DNA from: an uncultured Pseudobdellovibrionaceae bacterium
GTDB lineage: Bacteria; Bdellovibrionota; Bdellovibrionia; Bdellovibrionales; JAGQZY01
Assembly: GCA_964400355.1 (NCBI GenBank)
Contig: CAYNTO010000003.1
Coordinates: 84,706-148,705, forward strand
Reading direction: 5' to 3'
Length of the DNA: 64,000 nt
The notes below the pieces were generated by a model. That model made no database searches. It had not been told where the DNA came from and saw nothing but the letters and a program-made list of their open reading frames with translations. A program made the translations under genes and the position numbers. Shown one piece after another: positions 55,345 to 64,000 of this stretch; positions within the stretch are counted from its first letter, which is position 1, and each line of letters starts with the position of its first letter.

Positions 55345-55366
55345 GACGAGCCTCCCTTGCGGACTA

Positions 55367-56095
55367 CTAGTTTTTAAAGAAATTGCGACGGGCTATGTTC
55401 AAAAAGTCGGAATTGAATCCGCTCAGCTGATTTTCTACTTTTTTGATTTTATTCACTAGGTAGTTGTAGGCCACCACTGCTGGAATTGCCGCGAATAAGC
55501 CCACAGCCGTTGCAAACAGTGCCTCTGATATTCCCGGTGCCACCACAGCTAAACTTGCTGAACCAGATGCGGCGATGTCGCCAAATGAATTCATAATACC
55601 GATCACCGTTCCGAGCAGTCCGATAAAAGGTGCCGTGCTCCCTGTTGTCGCCAATATACTGATATTACTTTCCATGTTTGCCACTTCGTCGTCGTGTGAT
55701 TTGCGAATAGAACGTTCGAGGTTTTCCATCCCGCTCATCATCGAGCCTTGATCTTGGGCGCCGATCACGCGTTCGATCTCCTGATACCCAGATTTAAAAA
55801 CTCGCGCGAGCGGGCTGTGAACGAAGTTATCTGTTTTTGTTTGTATCTGCTGAAGATTTGAGGCCGCCCAAAACATATTGAGGAACTCTTCATTCTCAGC
55901 GGCAATTCTTTGGAACTCACCACGCTTCTTAAAGATGATGAACCAGTTCCATACCGAGAGCACGATCAGCGACAGCAGCAATATCTGTACGACAAAACCG
56001 GCGTGCGCGATGCCCTCAAGGAGATGGTTGCCGCTAACGGCAGTTGTTGTTTTTGCGGATTGGGCCCATGCTGTTTGAAATAATAAAAATGTCAT
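55367..56095 (-). CDS. tolQ: proton-channel protein TolQ/ExbB (MotA family)
   Basis: 242 aa from ATG 56095. TAPFIGLLGTVIGIMNSF motif. The track's 56185 start is rejected because it overlaps the upstream gene. Confidence 0.87.
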   Translation of the reverse strand: MTFLLFQTAWAQSAKTTTAVSGNHLLEGIAHAGFVVQILLLSLIVLSVWNWFIIFKKRGEFQRIAAENEEFLNMFWAASNLQQIQTKTDNFVHSPLARVFKSGYQEIERVIGAQDQGSMMSGMENLERSIRKSHDDEVANMESNISILATTGSTAPFIGLLGTVIGIMNSFGDIAASGSASLAVVAPGISEALFATAVGLFAAIPAVVAYNYLVNKIKKVENQLSGFNSDFLNIARRNFFKN

Positions 56096-56153
56096 AACTT
56101 CAGGGTACTTAGCGCACACTCCCTTGGCCAGACACAGCGAGTTATTAACGACT

Positions 56154-56810
56154 CTATGGTAGAAGAATATTGATGGATGGCGCAATCACAGGCGCCTTCG
56201 CCGGACTCATGAATAGGGGCACACGGCGGGATTTAAATTCGGCCATGAACTCGGGCACATCTTTTTTAAAAACATCTTCATCAAGATAGGCGGCGCTCAT
56301 ATTGGTTTTCATAAGGTTGGAGAGCCCCAGCTGTCGCAGCATACGCAGGCGCACCAGATAGGCCTGACCACAACTCATTTGCATATTGGGATCGTAATAT
56401 TGCATGTCGCGCAGAAATCCATCGGTGGAACTCAGCAGAAGCACCGATGACGTCGCGTTTTTATCTTTTAAGTATTTGTAAAGTTGAGAGGCGGCTTTGG
56501 GGCCGAGAGCCTCCACCAAAAAGATTGTTTTCTTAATCCATGTGGGAATGTCGTCCAGTGGAGCGAGTGTGTTCGCATCTCTTTGCCATAAGATCTCGCC
56601 ATCTATTGTAACGATTTTAAACCAGCCATTTTCAGGAGCGTTTCTGGCGAACATTTGTGGGGCGTCCACCAGACTTTGAATCCAAGGATCTGGGTCGTGA
56701 GCGGAGGATGAATTGTGTGCCAGACTCTTCAGCAAAATCCAGGTAAAGAAGGGCGTAATTACGCCTATAGTTAAAACTAGTATCGAGCGTTTAAAATTTT
56801 TCTTTTCCAT
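56154..56810 (-). CDS. hypothetical membrane-anchored protein
   Basis: 218 aa with an N-terminal TM (SILVLTIGVITPFFTWILL). Occupies the position of ybgC in classical tol operons but shows no thioesterase motif. Confidence 0.45.
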   Translation of the reverse strand: MEKKNFKRSILVLTIGVITPFFTWILLKSLAHNSSSAHDPDPWIQSLVDAPQMFARNAPENGWFKIVTIDGEILWQRDANTLAPLDDIPTWIKKTIFLVEALGPKAASQLYKYLKDKNATSSVLLLSSTDGFLRDMQYYDPNMQMSCGQAYLVRLRMLRQLGLSNLMKTNMSAAYLDEDVFKKDVPEFMAEFKSRRVPLFMSPAKAPVIAPSINILLP

Positions 56811-56990
56811 AACTACCTGAATTTTAAAGGTTTATGTTAAACTCTCGCAGCACTTGTGGGCGATCTAAATACGTATTTAGTGAGGGTTTTTTAAATCGGA
56901 CTATTTTAGCCCTATATATTGACTAGATGAACACTAAATGAAATACCAGTACCTGCAATCGCAGCCAAAGTATCTGAAACGAGGTTAATT

Positions 56991-57482
56991 GTGAACAAGA
57001 TTCATCGAAAAATGGAATACGCCCTCATCGCGCTCAAACATATGAGCCAAAAAAGGCCTGGCGAACTGACAACGGTAAAAGAAATCTGCCAAAAATATGG
57101 GACACCTTTTGATGCCACTGCACGTGTGATGCAGCAAATGGTTCAAGGCAAATTCTTAAAATCAGAACAGGGTGCTTACGGCGGCTACCTGATTATGAAG
57201 GATCTCACCAAAGTTACAGTGAAGGATTTAATTGAACGTGTGGTGGGACCAGTGGAAATTGTAAAATGTATGAGCAGCGAATCCACGACGACGCCCGAGA
57301 GCGCTTGCGAATTGAAACAGAGCTGCAATATTAAACAACCACTCATCCAATTGAACGAGCAGTTGATTCAGTTTTACGAAAGCATCAATTTGCATCAGCT
57401 CTTAAATGTACGTCGCTACCCGGAGGAAATGATTGTGGTTCCTCCTCCTGAGGCGGTCATCGCCGAGGCGGTCACCCCATGA
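56991..57482 (+). CDS. Rrf2-family transcriptional regulator (IscR/SufR-like)
   Basis: 163 aa. GTG start with GAGG 6 nt upstream. [11 protein letters not shown]...[24 protein letters not shown] winged-helix region. Three Cys (C93, C106, C112). ATGA overlap with sufB. Confidence 0.8.
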   Translation: MNKIHRKMEYALIALKHMSQKRPGELTTVKEICQKYGTPFDATARVMQQMVQGKFLKSEQGAYGGYLIMKDLTKVTVKDLIERVVGPVEIVKCMSSESTTTPESACELKQSCNIKQPLIQLNEQLIQFYESINLHQLLNVRRYPEEMIVVPPPEAVIAEAVTP

Positions 57483-58924
57483 GCCAAGACAATCCGGCTC
57501 TGGAAATTGGTGACTATAAATACGGCTTTACAACCGATATCGAAACAGAAAGTGTTGCGAAAGGTTTAAACGAAGACGTCATTCGCACTATTTCCGGCAA
57601 AAAAAATGAACCTGCTTGGATGCTTGAGTACCGACTTAAAGCTTTTCAATATTGGAAAACTCTCACCGAGCCGCAATGGGCGGATCTGCGCTTTTCACCG
57701 ATCGACTATCAGGATATTTCGTATTATTCGGCGCCAAAGAAGCGCAATGAGAACGAGCCTAAGAAAACTTTAGAGGATCTCGATCCCGAGTTGATCAAAA
57801 CGTTTGAGCGTTTGGGAATTCCTTTGAGTGAGCAAAAGCGCATTAGTGGAGTTGCCGTCGATGCCGTGTTTGATAGCGTTTCCATAGCGACGACTCACAA
57901 AGAGGAGTTGGGCAAAGTTGGAGTCATCTTCTGTTCCATCTCCGAGGCACTGCACACACATCCTGAGTTGGTAAAAAAATACCTCGGCACCGTGGTGCCG
58001 TATAAAGATAATTTTTATGCAGCCTTAAATGCGGCTGTATTCACCGATGGATCATTTGTTTATATTCCGAAGGGTGTGACGTGCCCTCTCGATTTATCGA
58101 CATACTTTCGTATTAATGCACAAGACACTGGGCAATTTGAGCGAACCTTAATAATCGCCGAAGAGGACAGCTACGTGAATTACCTCGAGGGCTGTACGGC
58201 TCCCATGCGTGATTCGAATCAGTTGCATGCAGCGGTGGTAGAGCTGATCACCTTAAAGAACGCCGAGATTCGTTACTCCACGGTGCAAAACTGGTACACC
58301 GGGGACAAGAATGGCAAGGGTGGTATTTATAATTTTGTAACCAAGCGTGGAAAATGTATCGGAGAAAATTCTAAAATTTCCTGGACACAGATTGAATCGG
58401 GTTCAGCGATCACGTGGAAGTATCCCAGTTGCATTCTTCAAGGCGATGGTTCACAGGGCGCGTTTTACTCGGTAGCCCTCACTCACGATTACATGCAGGC
58501 GGATACCGGCACTAAGATGATTCATATTGGTAAAAACACTAAGAGCACTATTATTTCTAAAGGCATTGCGGCCAATCATTCGCGCAATAATTATCGCGGA
58601 CTCGTAAAGATCATGCCGGGCGCAGAAAACGCGCGGAATTATTCGCAGTGCGACTCTATGCTTGTTGGGGATCGCTCCACTGCAAATACTTATCCGTATT
58701 TGGAGGTTAAGAATGAATCGGCCATTCTCGAGCATGAAGCAACCACTTCGCGCCTGAGCGAAGAGCAATTGTTTTACCTCCGCTCGCGCGGGATGAGCAG
58801 TGAAGAATCGATTTCCATGCTTGTGAATGGTTTTTGTAAAGATGTATTTAAGCAACTCCCACTGGAATTCTCAGTGGAAGCCGTGAAATTGATCGAAATG
58901 AAATTGGAAAATAGCGTAGGATAA
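57479..58924 (+). CDS. sufB: Fe-S cluster assembly scaffold SufB
   Basis: 481 aa with typical SufB sequence throughout ([29 protein letters not shown]). Confidence 0.95.
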   Translation: MSQDNPALEIGDYKYGFTTDIETESVAKGLNEDVIRTISGKKNEPAWMLEYRLKAFQYWKTLTEPQWADLRFSPIDYQDISYYSAPKKRNENEPKKTLEDLDPELIKTFERLGIPLSEQKRISGVAVDAVFDSVSIATTHKEELGKVGVIFCSISEALHTHPELVKKYLGTVVPYKDNFYAALNAAVFTDGSFVYIPKGVTCPLDLSTYFRINAQDTGQFERTLIIAEEDSYVNYLEGCTAPMRDSNQLHAAVVELITLKNAEIRYSTVQNWYTGDKNGKGGIYNFVTKRGKCIGENSKISWTQIESGSAITWKYPSCILQGDGSQGAFYSVALTHDYMQADTGTKMIHIGKNTKSTIISKGIAANHSRNNYRGLVKIMPGAENARNYSQCDSMLVGDRSTANTYPYLEVKNESAILEHEATTSRLSEEQLFYLRSRGMSSEESISMLVNGFCKDVFKQLPLEFSVEAVKLIEMKLENSVG

Positions 58925-58927
58925 AAA

Positions 58928-59677
58928 ATGTTAAAGATAACAAATTTGCATGTATCGATAAATGATAAACCGGTATTAAAGGGTTTGAATCTGGAAGTGA
59001 AGGCGGGCGAAGTGCACGCTATCATGGGGCCTAACGGATCGGGTAAGAGTACACTTTCTAAAGTGATCGCTGGCCATCCAGCCTACCAGGTAACCGCGGG
59101 CACAATCGAATACGATATTAATTTTAGTATGAAGAGCATCCTCGATATGCCCGCCGACGAGCGCGCCCGAGAAGGCATTTTTCTGGCATTCCAATATCCT
59201 GTTGAGGTGCCTGGAGTGACCAATTTTGAATTCCTAAAAGCCTCCTACAACGCGGTTGCCAAGCAGCAGGGATTTCCAGTGATGGACGACGAAAAATTTG
59301 CAACCTTTGTTCGTAAAAAATTGGATATCGTAAAACTCAACGAAAGTTTTTTGTACCGCGCCGTTAACTCTGGTTTTTCGGGAGGCGAGAAAAAGAAGAA
59401 TGAAATCGTGCAAATGGCGGTGATGTCACCGCGTTTGAGTTTTCTCGACGAGACGGACTCGGGCTTGGATATCGACGCGCTAAAAGTTGTTTCTGATGGA
59501 ATTAATAGTTTAAAGAATAAAAACAATGCATTTGTTCTCGTGACCCATTACCAGCGTCTTTTGGATTATGTGCAGCCAGATGTGGTACATGTTCTCTCCG
59601 CAGGCCAAATTGTTAAGACCGGCGGTAAAGAGTTGGCATTAGAGTTGGAAAAGAAAGGCTATGAGTCGTACGTGTGA
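58928..59677 (+). CDS. sufC: Fe-S cluster assembly ATPase SufC
   Basis: 249 aa. Walker [10 protein letters not shown], signature FSGGEKKK, Walker [12 protein letters not shown]. Confidence 0.95.
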   Translation: MLKITNLHVSINDKPVLKGLNLEVKAGEVHAIMGPNGSGKSTLSKVIAGHPAYQVTAGTIEYDINFSMKSILDMPADERAREGIFLAFQYPVEVPGVTNFEFLKASYNAVAKQQGFPVMDDEKFATFVRKKLDIVKLNESFLYRAVNSGFSGGEKKKNEIVQMAVMSPRLSFLDETDSGLDIDALKVVSDGINSLKNKNNAFVLVTHYQRLLDYVQPDVVHVLSAGQIVKTGGKELALELEKKGYESYV

Positions 59678-60921
59678 TGATGTTTAATGATTCTTTGCGC
59701 CAAAATTCAAAAAATATTCCTGCGGCTCACGCCAACGCGTGGACGGCGTTTTTACACAAACCGCTTCCTTCGCGCAGCGACGAAGACTGGAAATACACGG
59801 ATATTTCTTTTTTAGACAAACAGAATTATTCTGCGGACATTGAACGTACTATGAATGTGTCTGTAGATACAGCACAGCCCTTCACGTTCAATATCTCCCG
59901 TGGCTTGGGGAAACAGGGTTTACCGCCATCAGTGAAAGGCCTGATGATTGCGGGTCGCGAAGAGGCTTTAAATCTGCTCCGCGCCTCCAGCACTCAAATA
60001 CTGTCACCGCCATGGTCCTATTCCAATTATTTTTCGGAATTGTTTGATGTGAGCGACGCCGCGGAAGTGTACTTTATTTTTGATTCTCAGTGGGATGCGG
60101 AAAAGGTCTGCCAGCTTCGCTTCTCCACGGATCTTATGCAGAACACCCTTTCGTCTGTCGGCGTAAAGATAGTGCTATTGCCCAATGCCAACGTGCGATT
60201 GCATGAAATGTTCAACGGCGAGGAAAACACTTTACTCAACGCCACTGTGAGCTACTACTTGGGCGAAAACGCCGCTTTAACCACGTTGAAACTAGATAAA
60301 ACCCTCAAGGGCCGCGTGATGTCCACGACGCGTGCACGCGTGGCAAAGAACGCGCGATTGCATTCAGTGCATTTTACCGGAGATGCGCTTTGGGCTCGGC
60401 ACAACGCTTACGTCGAACTGGCCGGAGAGAATGCTCACGCCGAACTGAGCGCGAGCTACTTAGGCGATGAAGGGCATTTTGTCGATCACCATACATTTCT
60501 CGATCACAAAGTGGCGCACACCACGAGCAATCAGGAGTATTCCGGCGTGCTTGCGGCCAAAGCCACGGGCGTCTTTAATGGCAAAGTTTGGATTCAAAGA
60601 GATGCTCAAAAATCAAATGCCGAACAGCTGAGTCGCAACCTTTTACTTTCGAAAACTGCAGAGGCAAATGCCAAACCAGAACTCTTGATCGATGCGGACG
60701 ACGTTAAGGCCAAACACGGCGCCACAATCGGACAGATGGATCAGGAAGAGTTATTTTATATGCAAAGTCGTGGGTTGTCTCCGTTGCAGGCCCGCGAAAT
60801 GGTTCTTAAGAGCTTTGTGTTTGCATCCGCTGACAAGCTTCCCGATTCTCTCAAGCAGATTTACTTTGCCAAAGTGGGGCAGGAGATCGCGCGCTTCATT
60901 ACGGACTTGAGAAATGTTTAA
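59674..60921 (+). CDS. sufD: Fe-S cluster assembly protein SufD
   Basis: 415 aa. SufBD beta-helix C-terminus ([36 protein letters not shown]). ATGA overlap with sufC. Confidence 0.9.
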   Translation: MMMFNDSLRQNSKNIPAAHANAWTAFLHKPLPSRSDEDWKYTDISFLDKQNYSADIERTMNVSVDTAQPFTFNISRGLGKQGLPPSVKGLMIAGREEALNLLRASSTQILSPPWSYSNYFSELFDVSDAAEVYFIFDSQWDAEKVCQLRFSTDLMQNTLSSVGVKIVLLPNANVRLHEMFNGEENTLLNATVSYYLGENAALTTLKLDKTLKGRVMSTTRARVAKNARLHSVHFTGDALWARHNAYVELAGENAHAELSASYLGDEGHFVDHHTFLDHKVAHTTSNQEYSGVLAAKATGVFNGKVWIQRDAQKSNAEQLSRNLLLSKTAEANAKPELLIDADDVKAKHGATIGQMDQEELFYMQSRGLSPLQAREMVLKSFVFASADKLPDSLKQIYFAKVGQEIARFITDLRNV

Positions 60922-62134
60922 TGTTGAAAGTTTTCGCCAGCAGTTTCCGGTATTAGGTTCCAAAGTTGACGGTAAAGATTTTTACTACTTTGATACAGGT
61001 GCGACATCTTTAAAACCAAAAGTGGTGGCGGATAGGATTCATCAATACTATCTCTATGAATCCGCGAACATTCACCGTGGATCGCACTATTTGGGGCGCA
61101 TGGGAACACAAAACTTTGAAGCTGTTCGTGGTAAGGCCGCACGTTTTATCAATGCAACATCAGAAAACGAAGTTGTCTATGTTAAAGGGGTTACCGAAGC
61201 CATCAACTTGCTTGCCTACAGCTATGGCCAGTCCTTGACGGCAAGAGACACTGTTGTTGTGAGTGGCAATGAACACCATTCCAACATAGTGCCATGGCTG
61301 CTATTACGGGATCGCGTCGGTTGCCAAGTGCAGACGCTTACCTTTAATGAAGACGGGTCCATTGACGACAAAGAAATTGCTCGAGTAAAAGCCCTGGCGC
61401 CCGCGATTCTTTCCATGATCATGTACTCCAATGTAACCGGTGTGCGTTTCGACGTGGAAAAGGTGCTCAGCGCTTTTGCAGGAACGTCGACAGTGACTGT
61501 GATCGACGCCGCTCAGGCTGTGTTGCACGAGAAATTAGATGTCCAAAAATTGGGAGTGGATTTTCTCACGCTCTCTGCTCATAAGATGTTTGGTCCGTTC
61601 GGCACAGGTATTCTATTCGGAAAAATGGACCGGCTCGAACAATTGCCACCATTTATGGGTGGCGGGAGTATGATCTCCCAAGTGACGTGGGATAAAGTGA
61701 TTTTGCAAAATCCTCCGCACAAATTCGAAGCGGGCACTCCCAATATTGCCGATGTTATTGGTTTTGGCGTGGCAATTGATTTTATTGAACAGTGGAAGCT
61801 GGATTCGTGGACGCCGCACACTCGTCAACTGGTTTCGAAACTGGAAGACGGTCTCAAAGAATTTAAGCGAATTCGACAAATTGGCCCGCGGGCTCAGGAT
61901 TGCAAAAAAGCCGACATTGTTTCATTTGTTTTTGATGGTGCTCATCCTTCCGATGTGGGAGAGATTTTAGATCAGATGGGTGTGGCAGTAAGAGCAGGCC
62001 ATCATTGTGCGCAGCCGCTTATGGGCACCTACGGAATCACAGGGACTGTGCGTGTTTCATTTGGTCCCTATAATACTTTGGGTGAAGTGGAGTATCTGTT
62101 GGAATGCCTTACTAAGACGGGGAGTATCTTATGA
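60914..62134 (+). CDS. sufS: cysteine desulfurase SufS (class II)
   Basis: 406 aa. SAHKMFGP PLP-lysine motif and RAGHHCAQP active-site Cys loop. Confidence 0.93.
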   Translation: MFNVESFRQQFPVLGSKVDGKDFYYFDTGATSLKPKVVADRIHQYYLYESANIHRGSHYLGRMGTQNFEAVRGKAARFINATSENEVVYVKGVTEAINLLAYSYGQSLTARDTVVVSGNEHHSNIVPWLLLRDRVGCQVQTLTFNEDGSIDDKEIARVKALAPAILSMIMYSNVTGVRFDVEKVLSAFAGTSTVTVIDAAQAVLHEKLDVQKLGVDFLTLSAHKMFGPFGTGILFGKMDRLEQLPPFMGGGSMISQVTWDKVILQNPPHKFEAGTPNIADVIGFGVAIDFIEQWKLDSWTPHTRQLVSKLEDGLKEFKRIRQIGPRAQDCKKADIVSFVFDGAHPSDVGEILDQMGVAVRAGHHCAQPLMGTYGITGTVRVSFGPYNTLGEVEYLLECLTKTGSIL

Positions 62135-62700
62135 GTTTATCCTACGACGTAATGGTGCGCACTTTGCCCACCCCAAATCCGGCAGCGATCAAGTTTATCG
62201 TCAACGCTCCTTTAAAAAATACCGGGAAAGCAACGTTTTATAAAAAAGAAGACGCTCAAGGAATCACTTTGGCGGAATCCATTTTTATTTTACCGGATGT
62301 GCTGCAGGTGCACATTTTTGAAAACGTGATGACTGTTACTTTTACTGAATCTGCGCCGATCGAAGCACTTACCGAAGAGGTCGAAGCTATTTTAAAAACC
62401 CGAATGGCTATTCACGACCCCAACTTTAAAATGCCCGACGAAAAAGAGGCCAAAAAGAACCGCGAGAATTTATCACCCGAGATGACTCAGATTGAAGAAA
62501 TTTTAGATCGCACAATCCGCCCCGGTTTACAGGCTGATGGCGGGGATTTAGAAATTTTGGCTTATAAAGAAAACACGCTCACGATCAACTACCAGGGCGC
62601 GTGTGGCACGTGCCCCAGCTCCATGTACGGCACTTTGGATGCCATTCAATCTATTTTACAAGATGAGTTCAATCCGCAAATTCGCGTGGAAATTGGCTAG
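62131..62700 (+). CDS. NifU/Nfu-type Fe-S scaffold/carrier (Nfu_N plus NifU C-terminal domain)
   Basis: 189 aa. TPNPAAIKF N-terminal domain and CGTCPSS motif. ATGA overlap with sufS. Confidence 0.8.
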   Translation: MSLSYDVMVRTLPTPNPAAIKFIVNAPLKNTGKATFYKKEDAQGITLAESIFILPDVLQVHIFENVMTVTFTESAPIEALTEEVEAILKTRMAIHDPNFKMPDEKEAKKNRENLSPEMTQIEEILDRTIRPGLQADGGDLEILAYKENTLTINYQGACGTCPSSMYGTLDAIQSILQDEFNPQIRVEIG

Positions 62701-62705
62701 TTAGA

Positions 62706-63197
62706 TTATTGAACGGGCGAAACCTTCCGTGCTCTCATTTTAGCGCGGATTTTTTCAACGTGTTCGGTTTCTTCCTCAGTTTTATTCCATTTGTAAACCC
62801 GGCTGTGCCCCAAACGCTCGTTATTTTTTTCGACAAAGGCCATAAATGCTATCGGCTCGTCTTTGGCGTTAGAGACATCCACTTTAATCACATTTCCGGC
62901 ATAACTTCCGTCTGCTGATCTTGTGGCTGTACCGGTCAGTTCACCTTCGAGAAGAGTCGCGCCGTCAGGAAGCTTCCACTCTACTTGCAGATTTTCTTTT
63001 TTAGATCGAATCATTCCCATGATTTCCACAACTTTATCCGTTTTAGAGATCTCTTTAATACGCACGTGGACAGCACCCTGACCTTTACCCCAGGACTGCG
63101 ATTCAGAGTCGCGGGCTGTAGTGGTTTCCGAAGAAATGGAAATGCCAATAAAGATAAGAAGAGTCAAAGCGGCAATAGTGATGTTTAATTTGGACAT
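62706..63197 (-). CDS. hypothetical secreted protein
   Basis: 163 aa. Signal/anchor MSKLNITIAALTLLIFIGISI. Overlaps the upstream gene by 13 nt. Confidence 0.45.
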   Translation of the reverse strand: MSKLNITIAALTLLIFIGISISSETTTARDSESQSWGKGQGAVHVRIKEISKTDKVVEIMGMIRSKKENLQVEWKLPDGATLLEGELTGTATRSADGSYAGNVIKVDVSNAKDEPIAFMAFVEKNNERLGHSRVYKWNKTEEETEHVEKIRAKMRARKVSPVQ

Positions 63198-64000
63198 AAT
63201 GATTGTCCTCCTAATGTCATGGTGTAATTAGCGGCGTTACCGAGAACGCCACCCGTGGTGTTAACGCGCACGTTGATCATGTAGTATCCCGCCGCCAAAT
63301 TGGCAGTGATTGTTTCTGTTCCGCTGCTGGCGCTGGTCACCACGGCTGTTTTTGCCTGAGCTAGCGCTGGTTTGGTGAACACGTAGTTTTCCGCGAAAAG
63401 ATACACATCCAGATCCGCGGCCGGATTGGGCGTGGTAGTGTAATTGAGAGTGAATGAGAATGTGCCACCTGGATGGTAGTACGCATAGAAATCGTTAGAT
63501 GCAAACTGATTGGAGTTTGCGGCTTGGCCGTTTTCCGTTTGCGTGGAACTGCTGGCGGCTTGGATGTTGATCGGCGAGCAGGAGCCACCGCGGAGGACGG
63601 CACGAGCATAATCGGCTTGGGAGCCTACGTGATTTTCACCTGTACGAATCGAGGACCAGTCTTGAGCATTAGGTAGTGCCTGTTGAAGGGTGTGAAAGAG
63701 TCCGATGTTGCGAAAACGATGGCTCGTTGATGCAAAACCATTGATGGGATCTGCAAAGATCGTCCACAATTCCGAGAAAGGACTGGTGACTTGATCGATA
63801 CCTGCGCCTTCATTTATGGAATCAATGGCATCCCAAAGAATTCGACTGATGGAAAATTCTCTAAAATTTCCTTCGCCCATGGTGGAGGCGATATCGTCTC
63901 CTGGTACTTCGAGGCTCTCATTAAAGTAGACTCCCGTAGTTCCTCCGTTTCCCCAAGTGTCGCGGTAGAGCGGAACACCAGTGATGGCGGCCTGAAAAAA
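63185..64000 (-). CDS. secreted protein with C-terminal PPC (pre-peptidase C-terminal)-like domain; 5' end beyond window
   Basis: The reading frame stays open from 63880 to the window edge (FFQAAITGVPLYRDTWGNGGTTGVYFNES...). The C-terminal approx. 100 aa (DLDVYLF...GYYMINVRV...YTMTL) look like a PPC beta-sandwich. No catalytic motif is visible in the part present. Confidence 0.45.
   Translation of the reverse strand, partial: FFQAAITGVPLYRDTWGNGGTTGVYFNESLEVPGDDIASTMGEGNFREFSISRILWDAIDSINEGAGIDQVTSPFSELWTIFADPINGFASTSHRFRNIGLFHTLQQALPNAQDWSSIRTGENHVGSQADYARAVLRGGSCSPINIQAASSSTQTENGQAANSNQFASNDFYAYYHPGGTFSFTLNYTTTPNPAADLDVYLFAENYVFTKPALAQAKTAVVTSASSGTETITANLAAGYYMINVRVNTTGGVLGNAANYTMTLGGQSLCPN

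Overview
This 64 kb chromosomal window holds about 70 tightly packed genes and no rRNA, CRISPR array, transposase or integrase. All calls come from reading the sequence and the ORF track; no database search was run.

Gene content, YQNCG/LLAC-type lipoboxes and the many secreted low-complexity proteins suggest a Bdellovibrio-like (Bdellovibrionota) Gram-negative genome. That assignment is low-confidence inference.

**Housekeeping blocks**
- frr-pyrH-tsf-rpsB (1-2650, minus strand)
- priA and galU
- A cobalamin-riboswitch-controlled BtuB-like TonB-dependent receptor
- nagZ plus two Opp/Dpp-type permeases
- A peptidoglycan-salvage trio, AmgK-like / MurU-like / AnmK
- nadE and an epsilon-like exonuclease
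- ndk, a PilF-like TPR lipoprotein and rodZ
- A TCA block: sucDC, mdh and a divergent icd
- uppP and tRNA-Phe(GAA)
- Reverse transsulfuration: CBS plus cystathionine gamma-lyase
- A cyclophilin and glnE
- tolQ-tolR-tolA-tolB
- A complete Rrf2-sufBCDS-nfu operon

**Accessory or poorly understood regions**
- A lipoprotein / beta-barrel / 43-aa basic-peptide operon (8.9-11.3 kb).
- A TadE/G-like 677-aa protein followed by two low-complexity secreted proteins that share a C-terminal motif (17.1-21.4 kb).
- An AT-rich locus (38.9-41.9 kb). It has a 23-aa poly-lysine micro-ORF with its own SD and terminator. Diverging from it is an operon of two minimal TadB/TadC-like platform proteins, a 4-Cys periplasmic protein and a membrane Ser/Thr kinase.
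- Tandem DUF4360-like paralogs next to tRNA-Phe (44.3-46.5 kb).

**Things the ORF track misses**
- frr at the window edge
- The two small basic ORFs
- The tRNA
- The riboswitch
- Several intrinsic terminators
- An apparent non-canonical start or frameshift at uppP
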